This document shows positions 49,532 to 58,353 of a DNA stretch of 64,000 bases, in pieces. The stretch lies in NCBI GenBank assembly GCA_037444405.1, contig JBBIML010000008.1, positions 142,676 through 206,675 of the forward strand. Reading direction: 5' to 3'. The position numbers were made by a program, and so were the translations under genes. The notes under the pieces were generated by a model. The model ran no database searches, was not told where the DNA came from, and saw only the letters and a list, made by a program, of their open reading frames with translations. Numbering within the stretch: the stretch's first letter is position 1; each line of letters starts with the position of its first letter. This DNA is from Armatimonadota bacterium. Its GTDB lineage: Bacteria > Armatimonadota > Fimbriimonadia > Fimbriimonadales > GBS-DC.

Positions 49532-51222
49532 CGGGCGTACACGCGCACGGCAGGACAGATATAGAGCAGGTCGTGAGGCAGGTCGTCCGCGCGGGCAAGC
49601 GGGCGCGGGTCGTTCCGAAACTCGCGAATAAGCCGATAGTGCGCCTTTAGCGTCGCCATAAACGCCCGATAGTCTGCCCGCCCGATACGGCGCACATCGC
49701 GCTCCTCAAAATCGCTGATGACCACATAGTCGGGCAGGGCGCGCTGGAGGGCGTCGGCGTCCCACTCTGGCGGCGCAAGCGCCATCAGCCGATACCGCCC
49801 CTCAAAGGCGTGCATGCGCGCCAGCCGCTCCTGCCACATCAGCTCGCCCGTGTCGGGATAGAACGGCGGCGTGTAGAACCACGGCACCGTCGGGAAGCCG
49901 ATACTGCTGTTCGCGGGCGCATGGCTGTCGAACCATCTCACGGTCTGCTCTCGCGCGTCGGGGCGCAGCATGCAGGCGGTGAGCGCGGTTGTCCACGCCA
50001 GCTGCCACGCCAGCGCCAGCCCCGCAAGGGCGAAAACGAGCCATTTTTGCCTCGCGCCGACCGTCAGCCAGCCCAGCCCCATCGCCAGCACGGGATAGAG
50101 CGGAAAGGTGTAGCGCAGAAAACGCACCTCTGCGCTCCCGATCAGCAAAAAGTAGGCGAGCGCGGCGATCAGCCCACCTGCCATCGCCCGACAGCGCACG
50201 CCCGCCATCGCCCAGCCCAGTATGCTCAACAGCAACGGCAACGCCCCGAAGCCGACCGTCAGGTTCGGACGGATGTGGAACAGCCAGCCCAGCCCTGTCT
50301 GCGTGAAAATCTCGCCATGCCCGCGCTGAACATGCAGCAGTTCATAGCGGAAGTCGCGCCAGAACGCCTGCGGCTCCGCCCACGCGCCGGGGCAGACCAG
50401 CAGGAAGGCGCCGAGCGCGACGCCCGCCGCACCCAATGCGCCACTCAGCACGCGCGCGAGCGCCCACCGCTCCGCGCGCGTCTTCAGCCCCAGATTGACC
50501 AGCGGCGCGAGCAGCACCAGCCCCGCGTTGTATTTGCAGCCTGCGGCGCAGCCCGACCAGAATGCGCCCCACAGCAGCGCCCGCATCACCTGCGGGGGTT
50601 GATCCGCCTCCATCAGGCGTACCGACGCCTGCAGCGCCAGCGCCATGAAGAAAGTCGTCGGCACATCGACGGTCTGGAAACGCGCATGGACGACAAAGGC
50701 AGGCGCGAGCGCGAGCGCCAGCCCCGCAACCCAGCCCGCACGCTCGCCTGCAACCTGCGCAAGTGTGCGGGCGACCACCAGCGCAGTGCCCGCGCCCATC
50801 GCTGCGACCAGCAGCCGCGCCCAGAAGTGCGCCTCCGCCCGCCAGCGCATCAGCTCAACCGCCGACGGCTCCGCCGATAGCGACGGCAGCACGCCCAGCG
50901 CGGTCAGCCAGTGCAGCCAGATGCTCCACAGATAGAGCGGCAGCGAGCCGTAGTTGTAAAAATGGGGCAGCCAGTCGCCCGTGTAAGGGTTCAGATTGCC
51001 GTAGCTGACCGCCAGCACCAGCCACTCATCAGGGTGATATGAAAAGTGATGTTGCTCGTTTGGCAACCCCCAGCGGATGGCGATCAGTCGCACACCGAGC
51101 GCCGCCAGAAACAGCAGCCCGCCAGTGAGCCACACCTGCCACCGTCGCTGTTGTCCATCCCGCCGTTGCGCCCGCTCGCTCGCCTTCCGCGCCATCCGAT
51201 AATTCAGAAGCATACCCCGCAT
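49528..51222 (-). CDS. ArnT/PMT (GT39/GT83-like) membrane glycosyltransferase; start may be 51195
   Basis: WGLP...HPDE, FYNYGSL, TVDVP and CKYN motifs; many TMs. Confidence 0.8.
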   Translation of the reverse strand: MRGMLLNYRMARKASERAQRRDGQQRRWQVWLTGGLLFLAALGVRLIAIRWGLPNEQHHFSYHPDEWLVLAVSYGNLNPYTGDWLPHFYNYGSLPLYLWSIWLHWLTALGVLPSLSAEPSAVELMRWRAEAHFWARLLVAAMGAGTALVVARTLAQVAGERAGWVAGLALALAPAFVVHARFQTVDVPTTFFMALALQASVRLMEADQPPQVMRALLWGAFWSGCAAGCKYNAGLVLLAPLVNLGLKTRAERWALARVLSGALGAAGVALGAFLLVCPGAWAEPQAFWRDFRYELLHVQRGHGEIFTQTGLGWLFHIRPNLTVGFGALPLLLSILGWAMAGVRCRAMAGGLIAALAYFLLIGSAEVRFLRYTFPLYPVLAMGLGWLTVGARQKWLVFALAGLALAWQLAWTTALTACMLRPDAREQTVRWFDSHAPANSSIGFPTVPWFYTPPFYPDTGELMWQERLARMHAFEGRYRLMALAPPEWDADALQRALPDYVVISDFEERDVRRIGRADYRAFMATLKAHYRLIREFRNDPRPLARADDLPHDLLYICPAVRVYAR

Positions 51223-51249
51223 GGCGGTATAATCTCACTGGTGAGGACG

Positions 51250-51852
51250 ATGAGCGTTTCGGTGAAGGCACGCCGAATACCGATGAGCCGCGAGCAGTTC
51301 CTGCAACTGCCCGAAGGTCCGCCCTTCTACGACTATGTGAACGGGGAGGCTATCGAGGTGAATCGCCCCAGCATAAGGCATCAGGAGATTTTGCTGGCGC
51401 TCGGCGCCCAGCTGCACCAGCATGTGCAGACACACAATCTCGGCAAAGTGGTGATTGAGGTCAATCTGGAGCTTCCTAACGGCAATATTTACACGCCCGA
51501 TATTCTGTTCTACGCCCCACAGACAGCGAGCCAGATCGACCTGCGTCGGGGCTATGTGCGGGGTGTGCCCGATTTGATTGTGGAGATACTATCGCCTTCC
51601 ACCGCCGATTATGACCGCACGCAGAAGATGGGCGATTATGCGGCGTGCGGGGTGCCGTGGGTATGGCTGGTGGATCAGGAGACGCTGCTGCTGGAAGAGT
51701 ATCAGTGGACGCCCGAAGGCTACCTGCGACGGCAGGCGGTGGACGCTCAAACCCCCTTCACGCCCCACCTCTTCCCTGAACTCACCCTGCTGATGGCGCA
51801 ACTGGCTCCACCATCGGACGCGGGGAGTTCTGAAGCCACAGAGCAGGTATAA
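51250..51852 (+). CDS. Uma2 family endonuclease
   Basis: P...HQ, PDI and PDLIVEILSPST..D...K..Y...GVP..WLVD motifs. Confidence 0.93.
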   Translation: MSVSVKARRIPMSREQFLQLPEGPPFYDYVNGEAIEVNRPSIRHQEILLALGAQLHQHVQTHNLGKVVIEVNLELPNGNIYTPDILFYAPQTASQIDLRRGYVRGVPDLIVEILSPSTADYDRTQKMGDYAACGVPWVWLVDQETLLLEEYQWTPEGYLRRQAVDAQTPFTPHLFPELTLLMAQLAPPSDAGSSEATEQV

Positions 51853-51860
51853 TGCGCTCG

Positions 51861-52724
51861 ATGCAGCCTTACTTTGCCTTGAGTGAGCCAGAATGTCGGC
51901 TCTATAACGCCGATGTGCTGACGGTCGAGATCGAGCCCGAATCGGTCGATCTCATCGTCACATCACCGCCGTACAATGTGGAGGTGGTGTACGGCGCCCA
52001 TCGGGACGATTTGAGCTATGAAGAGTATCTGGAGTTCTCTGAAGCGTGGCTGAAGCGCTGCTATGAGTGGCTCAAGCCCGATGGTCGCTTCTGCCTCAAT
52101 ATCCCGCTTGATAAAAACAAAGGGGGTCAGCAGAGCGTCGGCGCCGATTTGACAACGCTGGCAAAACGATTGGGCTTTCACTACCATGCGACCATCGTCT
52201 GGAACGAGGGCAACATCTCGCGCCGAACAGCGTGGGGCTCATGGCTGAGCGCATCAGCGCCCTATGTGATCGCCCCTGTGGAGCTGATCGTGGTGCTTTA
52301 CAAGCACGAGTGGAAAAAAAGCTCCGGCTCGCGCATCTCCGACATCACGCAGGACGAATTTATCGAGTGGACGAATGGGCTGTGGACTTTCAACGGCGAG
52401 AGCCGGAAACGGGTGGGTCATCCAGCACCGTTCCCGCTGGAGCTGCCCCGACGCTGTATCAAACTGTTCAGCTATGTGGGCGACACGGTGCTGGATCCCT
52501 TCGCAGGGAGCGGTACAACCCTGCTGGCGGCGATTCAGAACCATCGCAAAGCAATTGGCGTGGAGATTGAGCCTGCCTATTGCGCCATCGCCCGCCAGCG
52601 CATCAAGGAGTATCTCCATTCCCGACAGCACGTTTTACAGATTGGCGAGGAGAGGGCACTCTATGAGCAGGTCACCCATGTCACCCAGGAAAACGATACG
52701 CGATCTGGTGATGGAGTACTTTAA
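51861..52724 (+). CDS. Beta-class N4/N6 DNA methyltransferase
   Basis: DLIVTSPPY precedes HPAPFP and VLDPFAGSGTT; TATAAT 7 nt before ATG 51861. Confidence 0.93.
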   Translation: MQPYFALSEPECRLYNADVLTVEIEPESVDLIVTSPPYNVEVVYGAHRDDLSYEEYLEFSEAWLKRCYEWLKPDGRFCLNIPLDKNKGGQQSVGADLTTLAKRLGFHYHATIVWNEGNISRRTAWGSWLSASAPYVIAPVELIVVLYKHEWKKSSGSRISDITQDEFIEWTNGLWTFNGESRKRVGHPAPFPLELPRRCIKLFSYVGDTVLDPFAGSGTTLLAAIQNHRKAIGVEIEPAYCAIARQRIKEYLHSRQHVLQIGEERALYEQVTHVTQENDTRSGDGVL

Positions 52725-53265
52725 GCAGCATCCTAACAAGGACCTTGCGCATGGTCCAGTTGTCGATTGGGTAACGGAGCAGTGGCGTCAGCAAGGCAAT
52801 AAGACGCCCCCGCGCGATCCCTGGCGTATCATTCGCAGACTCCATCAGGAAGGCTGGCTCATCAAAGTAAGGAAGGGGGTTTATCGCTATGATCCCGAAG
52901 CTGCAGGTCAGATTGAGCTGGATGATTTCACTCCTGAACAAAGACAAATAATTTTGGAGAGAGATAACTACCGTTGCGTAATCTGTGGACGAGGTAAAGC
53001 AGATGGCGTTGAGCTACATGTTGACCATATTAAACCTCGCCATCTCGGAGGTAAAAGCACAATAGAGAACGGACAGACCCTCTGTGCCGCTTGCAACTTC
53101 CGAAAAAAGATTTATAAGCAGACGGAGACAGGAAAGCGCATGTTTATTCGTTTATTAGAAATTGCTAAAAAAGAAGGAGACTTAAAAACTGCAAATTTTT
53201 GTCGTGATGTTTTGAAAGTGTATGAAAAATATAAAATCAATGACCACATCCAATGGGAAGAGTGA
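52663..53265 (+). CDS. HNH endonuclease, probable restriction partner; start may be 52678
   Basis: ILERDNYRCVICG...LHVDHIKP..GG....NGQTLCAACN motif; AT-rich. Confidence 0.88.
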   Translation: MSRSPMSPRKTIRDLVMEYFKQHPNKDLAHGPVVDWVTEQWRQQGNKTPPRDPWRIIRRLHQEGWLIKVRKGVYRYDPEAAGQIELDDFTPEQRQIILERDNYRCVICGRGKADGVELHVDHIKPRHLGGKSTIENGQTLCAACNFRKKIYKQTETGKRMFIRLLEIAKKEGDLKTANFCRDVLKVYEKYKINDHIQWEE

Positions 53266-53315
53266 TCGGGCTGCCCCTCACACTATTGGGCGGCTCCATA
53301 GAGTAAAATGGAGCT

Positions 53316-54485
53316 ATGCAGGCACAACGAGCAATTCTCATTGTAATGGATGGGTGTGGGGTGGGGGCGGCGCCTGATGCGGCGGAGTATGGCGACACGG
53401 GGGAGAATAGCCCCAACACGCTGGGGCATCTAATGGAAGCGGTCGGCGGGCTGAACCTGCCCTGCCTGCAGTCGCTGGGACTGGGCAACATCATCCCCCT
53501 GAAAGGGGTGCCGCCCGCCGAAACGCCCTGCGCCTGCTTCGGCAGGGTGCAGCCCTGCTCTAAAGGCAAAGATTCGGTTACAGGGCACTGGGAGATGATG
53601 GGCATTCTCACCGAGCAGCCGTTCCCCACCTATCCGAACGGCTTCCCGCCAGAGCTGATTGCCGAGTTTGAGCGGCGCATCGGGCGCAGCGTGCTGGGCA
53701 ACTATCCCGCGTCAGGCACCGAAATCATTAAGCAGCTGGGCGAGGAGCATCTGCGCACGGGCTATCCCATCGTCTACACCAGCGCCGACAGTGTGTTCCA
53801 GATTGCGGCGCACGAGGCGGTTATCCCCGTCGAGGAGCTGTATCGCATGTGCGAGATTGCCCGCGAACTGCTTCAGCCGCCGCATCATGTGCAGCGGGTG
53901 ATTGCTCGCCCTTTTGAAGGCACCGACGCCAGCAACTTCCGTCGCACGGAGCGACGGCGCGATTTCCCGCTGCCGCCACCGCCCAACCTGATCGATCGCC
54001 TTGCCGAGCGGGGTATCGGCATATATGGGATTGGCGTCGTGCCCGAAATCTTCACTTATCGCGGTTTTAGGCACGCCGAGCGCACGCAGAGCAATCCCCA
54101 GCATTTTGAGGCGCTGCTGAGGGCGATGGCGAGCGACTGTGCCTTCATCTTCGCCAACTTCGAGGATTTCGACATGCTCTATGGACATCGCAACGACCCT
54201 GCGGGCTTCGCGCGGGCGTTAGCCGAGTTCGATATGATGCTCTCGACGATTCTGGAGCGGCTCCGACCCACCGACCTGCTGATATTGACGGCGGATCACG
54301 GCAACGATCCCACCACGCCCAGCACGGATCATTCGCGCGAGTATCTGCCCCTGTTGCTCTACTCGCCTTCGATTCAGCGGGGCTATGCGGTGGGCACGCG
54401 CCGCTCGCTGGCGGATATTGGCGCGACGATTGGCGCGTTATGGGATGTGGCGGTGGAGGCGGGCGTGCCGATTCAGCTTGCCTGA
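53316..54485 (+). CDS. deoB: Phosphopentomutase
   Basis: DGCGVG..PDA, GKDSVTGHWE, YTSADSVFQ, YGHRND and TADHGNDP motifs. Confidence 0.97.
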   Translation: MQAQRAILIVMDGCGVGAAPDAAEYGDTGENSPNTLGHLMEAVGGLNLPCLQSLGLGNIIPLKGVPPAETPCACFGRVQPCSKGKDSVTGHWEMMGILTEQPFPTYPNGFPPELIAEFERRIGRSVLGNYPASGTEIIKQLGEEHLRTGYPIVYTSADSVFQIAAHEAVIPVEELYRMCEIARELLQPPHHVQRVIARPFEGTDASNFRRTERRRDFPLPPPPNLIDRLAERGIGIYGIGVVPEIFTYRGFRHAERTQSNPQHFEALLRAMASDCAFIFANFEDFDMLYGHRNDPAGFARALAEFDMMLSTILERLRPTDLLILTADHGNDPTTPSTDHSREYLPLLLYSPSIQRGYAVGTRRSLADIGATIGALWDVAVEAGVPIQLA

Positions 54486-55102
54486 TCGGGCAATGTCGCC
54501 CGCTCCTGCTCGCTCAGGTGGAGCTGCACTTCGGCGTCCGCCAGCTGAATCACCGTGTGTTCATTGCTGTTGCGCAGCTCTTCGATAATCGCGTCGATCT
54601 TTTCGGGGGTGAGCCGTCGGCAGTAGATGTCGCCCACCTGCATCACGGGCGCGTCGCCACAGTTGTTGAGGCATTCCACTTCGGTCAGCGTGAACAGCCC
54701 ATCGGGTGTGGTCTCGCCCAGCTGGATGCCGAGCTTCTGCTGCAGATATTCCAGGATTCGGTACGCGCCGCACAGCATGCAGCTCAGGTTGGTGCAGACC
54801 TCCAGCATATATTTGCCGACGGGCTGCTTGTTATACATCGTGTAGAAGGTGGCGACGCCTTCCACTTCGGCGCAGGAGCGCCCGAGCCGATAGGCGACTT
54901 CGGCAATCGCTTCGGGTGGCAGGTAGCCGCCGTACTCGCGCTGGGCAATCCAGAGGGCGGGCAACATCGCCGACTTGCGGTCGGGATAGTGCTGGAGGAT
55001 CAGCTCCAGTTCACGAATGGCGCGTTCAGAGAATCGCAGGGTCAGCTCCTGCGGGCGTGGTGGGCGCAGTTGCGCCGAGAGCCGAATCGGTTGCTGTTCC
55101 AT
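54473..55102 (-). CDS. nuoE: NADH-quinone oxidoreductase subunit E (orphan)
   Basis: YP..SA.LP.L..AQ, VATFYTMY, CTNLSC and ECL..C..AP motifs. Confidence 0.9.
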   Translation of the reverse strand: MEQQPIRLSAQLRPPRPQELTLRFSERAIRELELILQHYPDRKSAMLPALWIAQREYGGYLPPEAIAEVAYRLGRSCAEVEGVATFYTMYNKQPVGKYMLEVCTNLSCMLCGAYRILEYLQQKLGIQLGETTPDGLFTLTEVECLNNCGDAPVMQVGDIYCRRLTPEKIDAIIEELRNSNEHTVIQLADAEVQLHLSEQERATLPDQAS

Positions 55103-55134
55103 CGCTGGGATTGTACCTGATAGGGCGGGCGTCG

Positions 55135-55461
55135 AATAAAAAGAGCCCGAGCGAATCGGTCTGCCCTTTTCGGTTCCGCTTGGCTTGCTGCCGTCCTGCG
55201 GACTCGGTGCCCCGACCGACATTGCTGCCGATCCTGAGGCGCCGCCACTCCACGAGTGAGCAGCAGGCTTCGGGCGGTTCCTATCCGCCGTTCACGCGCG
55301 CCCAACACTGGGGCGCGGGCTGCGCGTGTTGCTCCCTGCGCGGTCTCTCCATCGCCTGCCCGTCGCCGGCGCAACAGGCATCGATGGCTCCGAGCAAGGC
55401 TCCCGACGGCAGGGACACCTGCCTTCGCTCGGGCGACGGTCATCGAGTTTCCCCGATAACC
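55135..55461 (-). ncRNA. Candidate large structured ncRNA of unknown class
   Basis: Sigma70 promoter upstream, a chain of GC hairpins with GAAA and GCAA tetraloops, and a terminal hairpin followed by TTTTTATT; no credible ORF. Confidence 0.65.
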
Positions 55462-55467
55462 GCTCCT

Positions 55468-55497
55468 ATTATACCACACCGATGACGGCTTTGTCAA
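55468..55497 (-). promoter_or_regulatory. Sigma70 promoter of the candidate ncRNA
   Basis: TTGACA-18 nt-TATAAT with extended -10 TGTGG. Confidence 0.8.
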
Positions 55498-55615
55498 GGG
55501 GTCGAGGGGGAATCTGGGGTTTTTCGAGGGCGAATCGGGGGAAATTTCGGGCAAAATCGGGGGGTTCTGGCGCTCGAAGCCGTCGCGCGAGCGCGCATGG
55601 GGTACACTCTGGGGG

Positions 55616-56137
55616 ATGGCGGAGGCGAGTCAACCAGTACGGCGGGCAATCTACCCTGGTAGCTTCGACCCGCCAACGATGGGGCATCTGGATGTCATCA
55701 CGCGGGCGGCGCGACTGTTCGACGAACTCATCGTCGCGGTCGCCATCAACAGCGACAAAAAGCCCCTCTTCAGCCTGCAGGAGCGGGTCGCCATGCTGGA
55801 GGAGTGCTGCAGGCATCTGCCGAATGTGCGCGTGATGCCGCTGGAGGGTCTGCTGGCACGCTTCGCCCAGCAGGCGGGCGCATGCGCCATCGTGCGCGGG
55901 CTGCGAGCCGTGTCCGACTTCGAATACGAGTTCCAGATGGCGACCATGAACCGCCAGCTGGCGCCCGAAGTGGACACCTGCTTTCTCATGACGCATCAAC
56001 AGTACGCCTTTCTGTCGTCGTCCATCGTGAAGGAGGTGGCGCGGCTCGGCGGCGATGTGAGCCAGCTGGTGCCCCCCAATGTGCTGACCCGCCTGCAACA
56101 AAAATTCGCCTCACCATCGGCAGGAGACGGTCTCTGA
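55616..56137 (+). CDS. coaD: Phosphopantetheine adenylyltransferase
   Basis: YPGSFDP.T.GH, RGLRAVSDFEYE and SSSIVKEVA motifs. Confidence 0.98.
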   Translation: MAEASQPVRRAIYPGSFDPPTMGHLDVITRAARLFDELIVAVAINSDKKPLFSLQERVAMLEECCRHLPNVRVMPLEGLLARFAQQAGACAIVRGLRAVSDFEYEFQMATMNRQLAPEVDTCFLMTHQQYAFLSSSIVKEVARLGGDVSQLVPPNVLTRLQQKFASPSAGDGL

Positions 56138-56186
56138 ACCGCGAATCAGCAATCCAACCCTGGTGCAAGCGACGGAGGATCGGGCG

Positions 56187-56738
56187 ATGATTAACACGGA
56201 TGTCATAACTATCAGGCGATGGCTGCGTGAGCTGGATCAGATGCTGGAGAACAGCCGCAGTTTCGGACCCATCGTGTTCGGCTTGAACAAAGGCGAATGC
56301 CTGAACCTGGTTCAGCAGATTCTGGCGAATCTGCCGTCGGATCTGGACAAGGCGGAGCGGGTGCTGCGCGAGTCGGATCGGCTGGTGGGCGGTGCGCAGG
56401 TGGAGGCGCGCATGACCCTCGAACAGGCGCGGGAGGAAGCCCAGCGGATTATCGAGCAGGCGCGGCAGCAGGCGGAGGCGATTCTGGAACGCGCCCGCGC
56501 CGAGCAGGAGCGCATGCTGGCGCAGACCGAAGTCTACCAGCTGGCAGAGGCGCAGGCACGCGAAATCGTGGAGACCGCCCGCCAGAAGGCACAGCAGATT
56601 CGGCAGGGCGCCGACGAATACGCCTATGAGGTGCTGACCGAGCTGGAGGGCGCGCTCGCCAAAGTGATGAGCACCGTGCAGAACGGCAAGGCGCTCCTGG
56701 AAGACCATCTCAAGCAACGCGTGGGCGCACGCCGCTGA
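56187..56738 (+). CDS. Coiled-coil protein typically downstream of coaD (DivIVA/SepIVA-like)
   Basis: A..EA..I heptads and a GADEYA motif. Confidence 0.75.
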   Translation: MINTDVITIRRWLRELDQMLENSRSFGPIVFGLNKGECLNLVQQILANLPSDLDKAERVLRESDRLVGGAQVEARMTLEQAREEAQRIIEQARQQAEAILERARAEQERMLAQTEVYQLAEAQAREIVETARQKAQQIRQGADEYAYEVLTELEGALAKVMSTVQNGKALLEDHLKQRVGARR

Positions 56739-56742
56739 CGGC

Positions 56743-56767
56743 ACAGGGCAGGTATCGCCTGCCCTGC
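56743..56767. terminator. Hairpin between convergent genes
   Basis: CAGGGCAGG-TATCG-CCTGCCCTG. Confidence 0.5.
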
Positions 56768-56769
56768 CG

Positions 56770-57462
56770 CTAAATCAGCCGCAGCCAGTCGCGCAGCAGG
56801 AACTCCACGCGCTCCAGAAACACTGCCAGGCGCGTCATCACCGTGTTGCCGAAAAACGCGCCGAAGCTCAACATCAGCAGCCATCGCCCGGCGCGCGCCG
56901 CGCCCCGCACCGGCTTCGAACGATGCTCAAACGAAAAGAGGAAATAGACCATCACGCACACCAGCGTCGCCACGAAGATGAGGTTATTCAGCGATATCGC
57001 CAGCGAGAAAGGCGCGGGCGAGTCGCTCACCAGCGGGGAGCCGTCCGCACGCGCCAGCAACGGACGCAACGAATCGGCAAACTGCGGCATATTGAGCAAC
57101 AGCTGCTGCTTGAACACCACGCCCGCGCTCGCGCCCAGCGTCAGCCCGATCACAATCCGCGCCAGCCAGAAGTAGCGACGGCTCAGCTGAAAGTACCAGA
57201 GCAGACCCAGCAGTCCCACCAGCAGCCATAACGCCTGCGCACTGCCCGGCGCGAACCCCTGCCCAATCGCCGCAAAGCCCGCCACCATCGGCTGCCACCA
57301 CAACGGCGCCAGCACCTGCTTCCAGGTAATCACGAAATTGTAGCCCACGCCCAGCCCGATCATGAGATGCAGCAGCAGGCGATAGAATCGATTCTCGCGC
57401 CACAGGTACGAATAGATGCCCAGCGTTACAATCGCCGCCAGCCAGACCCCGACCCGTTCCAT
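56770..57462 (-). CDS. Uncharacterised polytopic membrane protein
   Basis: TLGIYSYLWRENRFYR and YFLFS...GRW.LM.SFGAFFGNTVMTR; about 6 TMs. Confidence 0.8.
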   Translation of the reverse strand: MERVGVWLAAIVTLGIYSYLWRENRFYRLLLHLMIGLGVGYNFVITWKQVLAPLWWQPMVAGFAAIGQGFAPGSAQALWLLVGLLGLLWYFQLSRRYFWLARIVIGLTLGASAGVVFKQQLLLNMPQFADSLRPLLARADGSPLVSDSPAPFSLAISLNNLIFVATLVCVMVYFLFSFEHRSKPVRGAARAGRWLLMLSFGAFFGNTVMTRLAVFLERVEFLLRDWLRLI

Positions 57463-57482
57463 CTCCACAGGCAGCACCTCCT

Positions 57483-58349
57483 CTAACGCGCGCGCCCGCG
57501 CGCACCCCAATAGCCCAGATTGCCAATCAGGATCGCCAGAATCACCATCAGATGCCCGAACGATTGGGGCACAATCAGGCGCGTGGCGCGACTGGTGCGC
57601 TCGCGCGGGTTCGGATGCAACAGCGCGTCGTATTCCGCTGCGCCCCGCACGCCCACCAGCATCCCCGTTAGCTGACCCGATAGCAGATAGCGGTAATAAG
57701 TGGTGGACTGAATGCCCGCGCAGCCGAAGGCAATCGGTGTGCCGTAGACCTCATGCACGAACGAAATCCAGTCCTCCATCGGCGAGTAGGTCACCGAGTA
57801 GATGAGGTAGATGTCGTTGATGTTGCGCACGCGCTGCATCAAGGGCAGGTGCCGCGCGTCGTCCAGCGAGTAGCCGCGTGTGTCCTGCCGGTATTGCAGG
57901 CGAATATCTTTTGCGATTTGCTGCATCGCGCGCCAGCCGCCCCGCGTGTAGCCCAGATTGACCCAATCGACGCCGTAGCGTCGGTCAGGGAACTTCTCGC
58001 GCACGAGGCGCTCAATCACCCGATCGGCGAACTGGGGTCCAAGCGGCGTGATCTCCACCGAGATGACCACGAACTTGATGCGCCGGCGCAACAGATGCTC
58101 GAACACGACCTCCGCCTGCCCTTCGTTCTCGCCCATACTGCCCGCATCCCACGCGCTATCCACCAGCACCACCTTATCAGGTGGGCAACGCTCGATAAAC
58201 TCATACAGGCGACGGGTTTCAGGCGTAACATAGATGGGCAGGCGCATTGGGATGAGCAACGGCAGGCAGGCAGCGAGCCATAGACCCAGATAGAGCCAGC
58301 GCCGATCGATGTCCTGTAGACCTGCCAGACTTCTCATGAGGCGCTGCAT
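57483..58349 (-). CDS. Uncharacterised membrane protein (TM-soluble domain-TM)
   Basis: DRRWLY, YGVDWVNLGY and SGQLTG...GVRGAAEY motifs. Confidence 0.8.
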   Translation of the reverse strand: MQRLMRSLAGLQDIDRRWLYLGLWLAACLPLLIPMRLPIYVTPETRRLYEFIERCPPDKVVLVDSAWDAGSMGENEGQAEVVFEHLLRRRIKFVVISVEITPLGPQFADRVIERLVREKFPDRRYGVDWVNLGYTRGGWRAMQQIAKDIRLQYRQDTRGYSLDDARHLPLMQRVRNINDIYLIYSVTYSPMEDWISFVHEVYGTPIAFGCAGIQSTTYYRYLLSGQLTGMLVGVRGAAEYDALLHPNPRERTSRATRLIVPQSFGHLMVILAILIGNLGYWGARGRAR

Positions 58350-58353
58350 CGAT

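Noticed and set aside
55170-55215. SRP helix-8 resemblance (GUCC GCA GGAC GGCAGC)
   Set aside because: The conserved CAGG/AGCAG loop and GNRA tetraloop are not intact; left to an Rfam scan.
55300-55460. Group I intron-like words (UCGGGGAAAC, CCGAGCGAAG, GAGAGAC) and glycine-riboswitch-like words (GGAGAGACC, GAGCAA) in the ncRNA candidate
   Set aside because: There is no P3 partner, proper S element or host gene, and no CCGAAG/CUCUCAGG arrangement. Local hairpins explain the same bases better.
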